From Phoronis australis (Eukaryota > Animalia > Phoronida), in NCBI GenBank assembly GCA_002633005.1, contig NMRA01000632.1, positions 62,001 to 126,000 on the forward strand: a stretch of 64,000 bases of DNA, given 5' to 3'. Position 1 is the first letter of the stretch. Each line of letters begins with the position of its first letter. Both the position numbers and the translations under genes were made by a program. The notes under the pieces are model-generated. The model saw only the letters and a list, made by a program, of their open reading frames with translations. It did no database searches and was not told the origin of the DNA. Below are positions 1 to 11,752 of the stretch, piece by piece.

Positions 1-139
1 GGGCTTGGTTGGAACTGACAGTTTATTGTTGGTTACGACTGTGCTCTACAAGTTAATTGACAAATCAGACTGTATCATTTTATTCGCCGGTCACGATCTC
101 CTTGGCATTATGGCGTTTTCCAGTTGATCCCAATTTGTT

Positions 140-606
140 CGATTCTATAGCACATCAACAAGTTGGGAAGATGACCCCTGTAGCCAATATCTTACTCGAC
201 TGATTAACTATATTCTGCCATTTATGGTTGGAGGTCTAGATCTCTTTTGTTCGATAATTGCTCTAATCTCCAATAAGATCCTAGCCTGACTGGGGTGTGC
301 TGTTAAAAACAAAAGTTCAGTTATAACATATTTGAACATAAACCAATTGCATTTCTGAATTCCGCATCAAATGTTGATCATGTTTAGTCTTTGAATCGCC
401 AAAATCGCCCAACTACAACCAATAATCTATTCTTTCGAACGTACCAATTCGCTCTGGGTTTGACTGTGTTCACACCTAGTCTGTAATAAGCCTGGTAGAT
501 AATTGGCCAGCCTATTGTCATACCAGACAAAAGACTGTGTTTGGCAGTTAACAAAGGAGCTAGATGTTATCACAGGCTCACAACTCTCTACGTCTGGTAA
601 AGTCAC
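140..606 (-). repeat. Interspersed repeat; diverged inverted copy of ~19604-20060
   Basis: Shared collinear strings, e.g. gttaactgccaa..ttttgtctggtatgacaa and tgttataact..acttt; the spurious ORFs 427-663(-) and 19604-19825(+) are homologous. Confidence 0.8.
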
Positions 607-1016
607 TGAACGGGAGAGCGCTGTAATGGAATAATCGGAACTATCAGTTCTTTGCAAGACCAAAATATTTTCTCACGTAGTGAGTGAGGAAAAAGTTGTC
701 ACCAATTTTCTATTGGCAAGTGGTGCAAATCAAAATTTAGTTTCTTTGATGAAACGCAGGCTATGCCACTTTAATGTAAATGTTTTGTAAAATCCCAGGA
801 ACGTCATACAAAGTGCTCTCAGAGAAAGCTTCCTTACTCTGGGTCTTTTCCTAGTGAAAAGTGTGTTACACATAGAAGGGTCACATGCAAATGGGCTGCC
901 ACTACAAAATTATGGATTAGATTTGCAGAATTTATATTGTGATGTCGAAATTACGTAGTGCCCACTCAGTTGCATCTAATGTTTACATTGATTTCTGTTT
1001 ATTTCTAGGCTCTGTA

Positions 1017-1056
1017 ATGATGAATAACAGTTTGGAGACTTTTGACATATTGTTGT
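1017..1056 (+). CDS. PR/SET-PLAG zinc-finger gene, coding exon 1 (MMNNSLETFDILL); exon starts at 1009, so further upstream coding exons are possible
   Basis: Acceptor tttctag at 1002-1008, ATG at 1017, donor gtaagt at 1057. Its phase-1 T plus GG of the next exon creates the W of WCNEC. Confidence 0.7.
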
Positions 1057-2466
1057 GTAAGTATTTATTAACTCTAAAGGTACTGAATTGAAGTTGGGAT
1101 TTTCAGTATTTTGTTCATATCAATTAGCTATTTGCAATTTATAAAGCACCGGGGGATGAACATCATTGTCATCAAATCACCATCTTTTTGGCCAGCCCAG
1201 GGTTTCTATTTCTTATAATTGGTAGGGAGTACTTCCACACATTCAAAATATAGACCAATACCTGAGCAGCTAAATCTGTTGCCAAATGAGTAAAAACTCT
1301 TTCGTAGATACCACCACTATCATTACCATGAAAGTTTTAAAAAGATGTTTTATCTAGAGAACGATAACACCAGCAACCTAAGGGATGTAATGAGTTCTCA
1401 ATTAACTACAACAGCATGGTGTCTTTGATCAATGCAAGCAGATTTTGAGGTACAAACAATTCGAGTTGCTCAACTTCGATTGGTGAGGGCGTCAACATAG
1501 GGTTCTTTTCATAAGACTGGCTCAAATGTGATTCAGCACACCAGTAACTGCCAAGCAGCATCTCATGGAAATCGACAATATTTCATGAATCCGATTAAAA
1601 TAATAGCAAAGATCCATTTTAATTGATATTGAAAGCTTTGAAACTTTTGGTAAAAACTTAGTAACAGAACGGACCATTATAACCAAAGTTGTGAAACTGC
1701 TAATTGACTGTGTAGATTGAAATAAATTACTACAAGGCTGTTGTCTAATTGGGAGTCAAATGGAAGTTTGGTCTTAAAAAATGTCAGCCAAAAAAATTTG
1801 ACCAAGAGATATTGTGGCTACATAAAGCTTGTTTGCAAATCAAAATTCGTACTGAAAATTTTCAAGCTGGCCATTGTATCTTTCTACATTTTGTATAATG
1901 CTCTTTCCTAAAAGTCGAGTTGCTATAAGTGCAAATCATTGCAACAGTTGTTCAGAAACCCTCGGCCCAGGAAACTCCTTTGAAAATTTGACTATCAGCT
2001 TAAATTACGAGTTAGGGTATCAGCATAAACGAAGCCCTTAATCAGAAATTTGCGTGTGTATAGGCATGAGTGTGCATGCTGTGCATTTCGGAAGTTTATT
2101 GTTAAAGCAAAGTATTATAGTAAATTATGTTGACCTCTTGCTGTATTGAGTGAGTCACGAGTTATTGTGGAATGCATTAGATTTAGTCTGTTCTTTAAGT
2201 TGCTTCAACTGTGAGCCAAACAGGCATTTCTTAATGCATGGAATAGTGTGCAGATGCATTTGTAAACACCAAGCAATTGGAATTGCCCATGTTACTTTCC
2301 AACCAATGAGAATGTTTGAATGTTATTTTCCAATCCACCTGAAAAGTGTTACTATTAGCCAATGAGAAGCCATGTTACATAATCCTTTCGCAGTGCTACC
2401 ACATGTAAGACTGTTGAAGACAGTAAGGAATACTCAGCCAATCTGTTCATTTGTTTGTGTTTACAG

Positions 2467-2619
2467 GGTGCAATGAGTGTGGAGTGTCAAAGTTTGGTGA
2501 CTGTCACATCCATGGGGACCTGATACGTATGAAGGACTGTAAGGTGCGAAGCCGTGCCCGGCTAACTGTGCCATACTGTTTGATTATACGAGATGTTGAA
2601 CTGCGGCCTAGGGAACATG
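2467..2619 (+). CDS. PR/SET-PLAG gene exon 2: PRDM zinc knuckle (WCNECGVSKFGDCHIHG) and start of the PR domain (SRARLTVP)
   Basis: ttacag acceptor and gtaag donor at 2620. W-C-x2-C-x7-C-x2-H-G knuckle followed by the RARL[S/T]xP motif typical of PRDM4/10/15-type proteins. Confidence 0.88.
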
Positions 2620-3459
2620 GTAAGAACACAATCAAATGGGTACGGTAAGAATTCTTCAATTTGAGAAAAAAAATAATAAATGGTAAATTTGCCATACTTT
2701 GATTTTTCGAGGATTACCACTTGTTGCAAATGATTAAAGTTTTACCAATTGTTTTTTGGTAGTAGCTATGCTATACAAACCATGCTAGAAGCAAACTTTA
2801 AGTACATTTCCCTAAAGAGTTTTTTTGTTGAGAAATTTGATAAAATAAAATTTTACCTGCCCACCATATTATGTATCAAACTGAAGAATTTTTACCATAG
2901 TCTGTGAGTTTGGTATAGTGTTATTCATACTTCTGTCAACTAAGGCAGGATGCTTACTTCTCAGTGCACTTCTTTTAAGATGAGCGAATTAAAACACATG
3001 AATCAGGTTGGAACTATTTTTTTGAAATTTTCAGACAGGTTGGAACTTGAGAGCTCATGAGCCAAATGGTTGAATTTTGAGGATAAAATGGTCAAAACAG
3101 TGGGAAAGTTCCATTACGTACAGTTGCTTTATAACATCAAATTTAATGGTGGATGATTACTAACTCATCAAATAATCATGTATCCTTAATGTGGTTACAC
3201 ACACATGCACACATACTTACATAAAAATTCTTGGTTAGTCAAAGCTGTGTAGCCGAACATGTCAAGACGTACAATTTAGCAAAAAAATAACATGTTGTCA
3301 TTTCCTTCATTATTGCATTTTTCAGCTAAACGAATCCTATCATTGTATAGTACCAAATCACATGCTGAAATGATTGCAATGACAAGCCACTCAAGTGTTT
3401 GACAACCTGTGGTGAGAAGCCATGAAACTGTCTAATGGTACATGTATGTCTCTGCGTAG

Positions 3460-3572
3460 AATATGGTGTTTTTGCAAAGAAAGTCATCCAAGCAAGAACA
3501 CAGTTTGGTCCTCTGGAGGCAGCCATTGTTCGACCTGGTATGGAAGTAAACTACAAGAACCTGTTGTTCAAG
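3460..3572 (+). CDS. PR/SET-PLAG gene exon 3: PR domain (EYGVFAKKVIQARTQFGPLEA...)
   Basis: cgtag acceptor and gtttgt donor. GVFAxxxIxxxTxFGP is the PR/SET hallmark; phases match both neighbouring exons. Confidence 0.9.
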
Positions 3573-4720
3573 GTTTGTTAAATGACACACCCTGCTTACA
3601 CATCCCAAATGCAAATCCACAATGGGTCCACAAATGGTCTCTTTGTCACGCTCCCTGTTGGACATGATCCTGGATCCATGAGGCAACTCATACTCTTAAC
3701 CTTTGACCTTAACACTATATGTGCACCTAAGCCAGACTGTGACTAACCTGTCAAAGTTAATTAATGCGTGTGGCTCAGTTGCTCCCTAATTTCTCTAATA
3801 ATGCTGCGATTTAAAAAATTCAAAGGCGGCTAATATTTGATTTTCAATTTCATGTTGGTTGTTTGCCTTACTTATTGTTCATTTTTCAACTTTGAAACTT
3901 GTATGCTTAAAGGCGCATTGTTACGACTGCTATTGTCTCATCCAATGCAAATCAGCCATGCCCATGAATAGCGGCTAGCTCACTTAAACCTGTGACGGTC
4001 TCGTAAGGCCTTTGATATGCTAAGAACTTCGCTGGAGACTTGGAGTGAAAGATACAGGCATTATTGCTCCCTTGTGTGCAATAGTGTTAGTGTATGAGTT
4101 GCATAATATCTGTGACTGCAATGTGTTATATAGTGTCCTGTGGTGCATGGGACGAGCATGTCCAAGGGTTTACTGTCTCTATTCCAAATGATTGGATTGT
4201 TTTAGAATTTTCTCAAATGAGTTAAAACCACTCTTCTTTAAATACTGTTTGTGTCTTACTCCCTACCTTCCCTGCTCCGCGATGGGTGGGTCTGTAAGTA
4301 AAATATTTTTTATACCTTTTATTTTCAGGGTGCACTCATTTTGTCGCTATCAATATAAAGTATTTACAACTGAAAAAAACTTTTGTCAGTTATCAAATGT
4401 AATGCTTTCAGCTTAGAATTGTGCTCTTATTACACTTATTTAGTTGTTGGTTATGAGAAGGGCATCAAAGTTGATTTTAATTTACACCTATTGGCAACAA
4501 TTTTGAGTTTCATTTTCGTTGATTATCTCAAGCTGTAGATGAGTTGGTTCTCTTTTTGATGACTTCTTGATTTATGGTCTATTTCTTTTTTTCAAATCTG
4601 CAATAATTGTTTACATTTCTCAGTATCACTCTGATGTTTCCCATGATTGCTTTTTTTGTAAATTATCATGTTGTGCTTTATTTCATTTTATTGTATTTGT
4701 ATTTAAACTTTCCTTACACT

Positions 4721-5073
4721 ATGTAAATTATGTAAATCTTAAACCAGTGTGAACATGTAAATTGCAAACATTTTTAAGTCTGGTCAGCACGCCACCTGTT
4801 GGCCACATCATGTGATCTAATGAATGTAAGTCCGAAAAGATTTCTGTCCCAACTGGGACTCGAACCTGGGACTTTCTGCTAACTGTGCAGATGCTCTCGT
4901 CCACTGAGCCATTTTGACCGCCGGTCCAATACAAATATCCAACCAGACTTGAAGTGGGCATCTCGCCCTTGAACTCCTGACTGTATATAAATAATTATGT
5001 AAATCTAAAACCAGCGTGGAAATGTAGATTGCCAACAGGTGGCGTGCTGACCAGACTTAAAATTTTTTTGCAA
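4721..5073 (-). mobile_element. tRNA-containing non-autonomous retroelement-like insertion with terminal redundancy, an inverted segment and a 12-bp TSD
   Basis: tttccttacact at 4709-4720 and 5074-5085. Direct repeat ~4728-4765/~4995-5032; inverted repeat ~4761-4803/~5031-5073; tRNA-like core on the minus strand. Confidence 0.8.
4846..4918 (-). pseudogene. tRNA-derived (SINE-head-like) sequence with intact box A and box B; not a functional tRNA
   Basis: Minus strand GTCAAAA-TG-GCTC..GAGC-A-TCTGC(ACAGTTA)GCAGA-AAGTC-CCAGGTTCGAGTCCCAG-TTGGGAC. D and anticodon stems pair; acceptor and T stems have mismatches; no U33. Confidence 0.7.
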
Positions 5074-5179
5074 TTTCCTTACACTGACATGCTGTAGCTC
5101 TAGCTTAGTGAGTGATTTAACATTACCGTGATGGAGTTATGATGGGTTTATAATGGGATGTGTCTGTGTGTGTTGACAG

Positions 5180-5329
5180 GTGTTCCACCCAGACCACACG
5201 GACGTTCTCGACATAAGCTGTGAAGATACATGTAACTGGATGTTGTTTGTACGCGCTGCCACCAACACTGAGCAACAAAACATGGTGGCCTATCAGCATA
5301 AAGGAGGCATTTACTTCACTACTACAAAG
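5180..5329 (+). CDS. PR/SET-PLAG gene exon 4: PR domain (CNWMLFVRAATNTEQQNMVAYQHKGGIYFTTTK)
   Basis: gacag acceptor, gtaggg donor, 150 nt, phase 0/0. NWMxFVxxA..EQNxVAxQ..IYF is the PR-domain signature. Confidence 0.92.
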
Positions 5330-6500
5330 GTAGGGTGTTAAATTCACTAAGCATTAATAATTGTTATTGGTGAGTTGCATTTTGCCCTGTCAGCTGACTA
5401 AATACAATTTCTATTTTCACTCTCAGAAAATTGGACTTGTAATATTTCCTACCGCGATAAGATTCTAATTCCATTGACAACAAGAATGTACATCAAAACT
5501 GTCAGCGACTGACGAAAGCAATTGTTGGGATTGGCCAGCCCTGTAATTGTGAAATTGAAAATGGCCCATGTATGCATCGCAAGTGACTTAATTAGACATT
5601 TGGAATGTAATCGTATCATGGTAAGGAATATTATGAGGCCAATTCTACGAGAGGCCTTACTGTAAAATCTCACCAATTTAGCAAAAAATAACACCACTAA
5701 AACTGACCCTTTTCCATTCTAACATTGCAATTTCTTAAAATATCTGATGGCAGCTAATGGTACAGAACTTGAACTTGGAAAGCTATTAATTTGGTGCTAC
5801 ATATATTCCATGGAAAAATGAGAATATAATTTATTTTACTTGTCTGTGTCCCGAATTTATGAGATTTTATCGTATTTGATTTTCGTCTAGCCTTCTAAAC
5901 ACTGGGCGAAATACAGCTTTGTTCAAGCTAAAAAGTATTCAACCATGGCCAATATCATTGAACCTTTTGAACCTACCTTATTCAAGATTCCACACTAAAC
6001 TTGGTAACCTTGCTGGTAATGTGGCAGAATTGATTTTAGCGCACTAAGTGTACCACACAAGCTATGTTTGTCATGCCTGAACAGGGCACGGGATATATTT
6101 GTTTGGATCTGTAGTCAGTAAGTCTTGCTTGGTGACAATTCACTAAAGACACAATATGTTACTAACCAGCTACCTCAGTCAAGCTTGCACAACAATGGTT
6201 ACCAAGAGGAAAGGTTGTACATGCTTGGAATGCAAAGTTGAAAACGGGGGCTGGCTCAACAAGTATATTCAAAATTTTTTGGCAAGCCTGATTTACGTTA
6301 CACACCAGTAGTGTAAGCTGACTTAACAATGATTAGTGAGGGAAAAAGATATTAAAAAAGTGATGTTCCGTTTAGTACTCTTTATGGGTGTTAGCTGAGT
6401 AGGGAACAGATCAGTTCCTTTCCACTATGCCAGGTGGCGATACTAGTACACATTCCCATTACGTGACTTCAACTATCAGAGATTACGTAATCCTTTTCAG

Positions 6501-6612
6501 CCTATTCCATCTGGTGGCGAACTACGTGTTTGGTACGCTGCAGACTACGGAGCACGACTTGGAATGCCTCCACTAGGCAATGCTATTATCCAAAATATGT
6601 CAGAAAACACAG
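6501..6612 (+). CDS. PR/SET-PLAG gene exon 5: end of PR domain (PIPSGGELRVWYAADYGARLG)
   Basis: ttttcag acceptor and gtaaat donor. ELxVWY..Y is the C-terminal PR/SET motif. Confidence 0.92.
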
Positions 6613-7139
6613 GTAAATAAGTATAGAGATTTCACTGTAGGTGTTGCTGTCATCACTTGATCACCATTAGTTAGTGCTGAAAGGCAGAAGCTGCCATTCA
6701 CTGACATTGGCATTGTTTGCAGCTCGAGAGACATGACAATTTATTGTCCACCTTGCAGGTTATATGTGGTATTGGGACAAGTTTGTATCGGTCACTGATG
6801 TTGTAATTGTTTTCCAATTTATATTTTATGCCACATTTATTCATTTTTGTTTACCAAAAATTTCCATGAATTCTGTTTAATTACAATTGAGTGGCATTGC
6901 TGTGCAACAAACCCTCCAGGGACTTTTCTAGAATGTTCGTTGTCGCCAAATTAAATCAGCTTGTATATAGCACAGTTAACCTGGGACTTGTAGACTGGAA
7001 AATTGCAAGGAAATGCATGGCATAATTTTATCTTCTTTGTTGTAACACAGTTCAACTGTATATGCTCTTTTTAAAGATCATGCAACTTACATATCAGATA
7101 GTCTATACTGAAAATTATGACTATCTGTTTTTATTGCAG

Positions 7140-8941
7140 CAGAAGTTACACCAGAACCAGAGCAAAATGAGGAGACAGAGCCTAGTCCTACTGAATATTC
7201 ATGTCCTGATTGTGGTGACAGTTTCGCAACCCCCAGTGCTTTAGATGACCACGTTTGCAAGGATGATCACAAACGCAGGAATAAGCGCAAGGGTCAACCG
7301 ATTAAGCTGGGCTCAAGGATGAGAATATCATGTAATCAAGAATCCACGAAGGCAGTGGAACCTGTCCCTGAACTGTCTCAGCGAGTGGTAAAGCGAGGAC
7401 GCTCACAAAAGAATTCCTTGGAGAACAAATTGTCCAAACGGGGAGGCCGTCGGAAAAAGAAGCCTGTGCCAGAGAAACTGTACGACTGCATTGTGTGCGG
7501 CAAGGCATTCGACGACCGAACAAAGCTTCAGGTGCACATGCGTTGCCACACTGGTGAGAAGCCATACAAATGTAGCTATCCAGATTGCACCAAGGCTTTT
7601 CCATCCAAGTTCAAACTGGTGCGGCATGAAGACACGCATAAGGGAGAAAAGAACTATGCTTGTAGCTTCTGCGGCAAGGCGTTCGCTCGCAAAGACCATT
7701 TGAAGAACCATCTAAAAGCTCATGACTCCAACCGTAAGAAATGGCAATGTAGCTTTTGTGAGAAGGAATTTTCAACTCACTTTGGCTACAAGACACATGT
7801 GGCATTTCACATGGCTGATGCAGGAAATTTAACATGTGAAGTGTGTTCGCAAGAATTTCTCAGGAAAGATGAGTTAATATTTCATATTAAAAAGCATTCA
7901 GGTGCTCGTTCAGTAAAGGATGCAAAAGACAAGAAATGTAAGTGTCCACATTGTGACGCCGTGTTCTTTGCTATGAAAGATGTGAGGCGACACATTGTCG
8001 TCCATACGCGTGCGCGTAACTTCCTGTGTCAGTACTGTCCGCAAAGATTCGGCAGGCGTGATCATCTCGTCCGTCACATTAAGAAAAATCACCCTGACTT
8101 GCCAACAGTGCCCGAAATTGAAATGGGCAAACCCAATCAAGAAACTGAAAAGGATTTATTATCTCAGGCAGCTGATGCAGCGAGCCTGACTCAAAATAAA
8201 GAATTTGGTAGACAAATCCCTCAGGATGTCAGTGATAGTTTGGAGCGCCAGAGACTGACTCCAAATCCGCAGCCAATGAACATACACTACCCTTTGGTGA
8301 CGTCAACTCCACCACCGCCACCACCTATTCAAGAGAACATAAGCAATCCTCTAGAACAGGCGTACCATGGGTACCCCACTAATTTTTCCATGGTCAATAA
8401 CCCCCACAGGTTTGCCACATTCAGTGCTATAATCACTGGGATTCCTAGTAGCTCCCAACACATAGCCCCGGACGAGTCACAGGGTCCCCTCCGTTGTATA
8501 CTTCCAAAGCCAGTCTCCAAACAGTTTGATCTTGTCCAGTCACCGCCTCCCAGTCAAAGCTTGGCGTACATTCAAACAACTCCGACGTTGATTGGACAGG
8601 AGCCAGGCGCACGGTATACCAATATGATGACTGCTAACCCACGGGATTCCATTAGCTCCATCTATGACACCATGCACCAGCTGCTACAAGCGCCATTAGG
8701 CACGGAGCCAGACCGACCAGTCTTGCCTCCCGACTCCTTACCGTTAGTCAATGATTACTTTGATGCTAGGAAAGCATTCACTTCCCATCCTAGTCTGACA
8801 CACAACCCCTTTATTCCTCCCCCACCCACAACGCCAGTTTCCTCTGTCCCGCCTCCCATTAGCAATAGCCAGTTGATTGACATGTCGAATAACCTGTATT
8901 CACAGCCTCAACCTTTTCACCAACAGATGTCCTTCAGGTAG
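7140..8941 (+). CDS. PLAG: PR/SET-PLAG gene last coding exon: one C2HC-like finger, seven PLAG-type C2H2 fingers and a Pro/Ser/Gln-rich tail
   Basis: ttgcag acceptor, in frame with ORF 7319-8941. Fingers carry PLAG-diagnostic strings ([56 protein letters not shown]); C-terminus PFHQQMSFR*. Spliced CDS is 2370 nt (789 aa). Confidence 0.93.
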
Positions 8942-10444
8942 ATGTTGAAATGGTAATTTGCCTATTTGAAGGGTTAAGTTTTAATGTCAATTATGGTTTT
9001 TGTAACATTTTATTTAACTTGGTAAAATTTTGTTGTAAGATGTAGATTGTTAGCAGGGCTAGGACATCTCTCGAGTGCAATTTTGACAAGATTTTTAACA
9101 TTTAATTGTTTCATTTATTAGTGGAATCTCTTAAAGCAGAAATCCCGGGGCCAATAAGATATGCATTACGAATTGCTAACACCAATAAGACCAGTCACCT
9201 CTCTAAGTCCTGCCATTCACCGGTTATTTTAAATTTGCTCTCAAATGCTCACAGTAAGCTGGAAAGGCCACCCCAGTGCATTTGGTGTCAAGCAGTACAT
9301 TGGTAATGAGTGATCGGAGAATCTCCTGCTCTTTACATCGAAGTCAGTATTGTGGCACGCCATTATTCCAAATTGCTCCAAGTTTTTCCCAGCGCTTGGA
9401 AACTAACAAGGTCAAATTGATCTCTAAATTGTGTCTCAAATTTACTTGCTCAACAATGACAGCTGGTTCAGGTCTGAGACCCGTTGATTCTGCAGACCTC
9501 AGTACAGCTGAAGCATGTGAACTCTGACCTACTTCGCACATCACCGACACCCATATTCGCTCCACTTTATTGTGTACTTCTCTGTCATTGCTTTTGACAA
9601 ATGGCACCGTGGACTTCAGTTGATCACTGAGCAGATTTGAAACTTTGATCAGGAAGAGGGCGATTTAGTTATAAGCTGTATTCAAGAATGTTGGGCATTG
9701 TGCAAATTGAAGTTAGGATGACTTAACTGAGCATATGCCAGGGTTTGTGCTGCAATAAAGTTGGAATACATCACTGTTGAATAATACATGAAAAATTAAT
9801 GTCCACAGTTGCACAAAAATATTTCCGAAACAATCTGGAAATTGTGTTTCTGTGCTTTTTGTTATGAACTAGTAATCTTCAAAATTTGAAGTGAACATCA
9901 TTGTTTTCCCAAGTATGTCTTAGTACAAATTTTTAAAGTAAACATATTATCAGCGGAATTGCTATCATGTTATTTATAATCAGCTGTAACTATGACTGTA
10001 TCAGTGTGTGAATTTCCAATGGGAGGAAGCTTCCAATAACACAAAGCAGTAGATTATAGCTCAAACAGAATGTACTTTCTGTTTTGAAGTCTGCAGTTTT
10101 GTACCTCAAAAAGTTGGGACACCAAAATTCAAGTAGACATTGAATTTTCTCAACTCTGAAGACGGGGTTGAGGGCAATTTTGGCATTCATCGAATATTGT
10201 ACACTACGACATCATTTGTTTTGAAACTTGACTTGGCAGCTCATAAAATTGTTTGAAAATAGCCGCTGACGCAAAATTTTCAAGCATCCCACCATAATGT
10301 GTGACATCGAGGCAAATGAACTTTGTGGTTGATCAAAATTCTTGAATTTGACATGGCCAATGCCTTTTTCTAAAATTTGGCACCAGCTCAGACCTCGAGC
10401 AAAACAATTTTTCACTGCATCCCAAACTGGAGAATTATTACCTA

Positions 10445-10524
10445 TCAGAGATGTGAAACGTGGGTTACACTACAGTAATTATTACCAATCAGAGATGTGA
10501 AACGTGGGTTACACTACAGTAATT
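10445..10524. repeat. Local tandem duplication (~43-bp period)
   Basis: atcagagatgtgaaacgtgggttacactacagtaatt occurs twice in succession. Confidence 0.85.
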
Positions 10525-11640
10525 TATATCATTCACTGCTCATTGGGCATTATTTACACAAAACGGTTTCTGAGTTCAGATTGGTGAAACTGATTGCTTA
10601 ACTTAATTTCATGACTTTGGAATCACAAGGATTGTGTTGATACAACTGATCTTTAATTTCCTGTGACGACTAATTTTCACTGCAGAGACAAGAACACAGA
10701 AGACTTACATTGTTATATTTTCCACAACAAATCAGATTTTGAAAGCATATTAAGTTTTCTTCAACAAAACAACAATGCAAATAATATGAAGTAAAATCTG
10801 TAGCACCAAATCATCATGACTGAATTATAAAAACTAATATAAGGCCCATACTACTTTGTCACAGCAGAAATTCATAGAATTTATTGATAAGACTTTTTGG
10901 AAAATTTTCCAGATGTTCCCACGCAAAATAATTTAAAAAAAATACTTTTTTACAAGTCTAGAAACTCGTCAAACATTTGAGTGAACAAATGCTTAGAAGT
11001 TTTAAATGATATTTAAATAATTACCAAAATAATACAAACAACAAAACTGTACGGACAGCAAACTTAAACTTGTGTAAAATAACATATTCCCAAGAGACGG
11101 GATAGAAACTTCATGTAAGACATAGACAATGAAACTCAATGTACATGTACAATGCTGAGAATTATCCGACGCAAATACTAAACTAAACGTGAGACTTCAA
11201 ATTCACAAAGTGGCACTGGTGAAACAGTGGTCCTACAGTCAGTAATAATCAAAATAAATTGGACAACGTCAAATTCAATAAAGTTTTGGTGCACAACTAA
11301 ACAAGACTAATCATTTCTATTTTGACTAGAATCTGCCTAAATTCTGACTTATTCTCAACAAAATCTGAATAGATATCGCTCTATGCTCGCTGAAACCACA
11401 ACTTACTACAGATTAATCAAGTCAATTTATAAACAAATGATGGCTAAGCACAATAACATTCAAGTCGAACAAACTTTATATTTCATTGCGATAAAAGTTC
11501 CATTAATCTGCCAAAAAATTATTTATAGCAAAAAGTTTTCCCAAGTTTGGTAGAGTAAGTCAGAGGTCTGTCGAAGTCCGCCTAGTCTATTCTGAAATCT
11601 AGTGCATAAATACAATCATGCATTCAGTTGGCCCACAAAC

Positions 11641-11752
11641 GCAAAAGGTACCCACTGCTGCTTAAAAGCAGCGCTACCTGTTAGCGAAGCGGGGTATTAC
11701 ACACAGTGCCACCTGGTTGCGGTAAAGCCTTAGTTGAGTGGGTACCTTTTGC
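11641..11752. mobile_element. 112-bp MITE with 16-bp perfect TIRs and a 9-bp TSD (Mutator/Merlin-like)
   Basis: TIR gcaaaaggtacccact ... agtgggtaccttttgc; TSD cccacaaac at 11632-11640 and 11753-11761. Confidence 0.85.

Noticed and set aside
427-663. Duplicated small gene (similar ORF at 19604-19825)
   Set aside because: The similarity extends into flanking non-coding DNA with indels, consistent with an interspersed repeat.
4846-4918. Functional tRNA gene
   Set aside because: Mismatched acceptor and T stems, a non-canonical anticodon loop, and location inside a TSD-flanked insertion.
7302-8520. Antisense and alternate-frame ORFs overlapping the zinc-finger exon
   Set aside because: Shadow ORFs of a long coding exon with no independent evidence.
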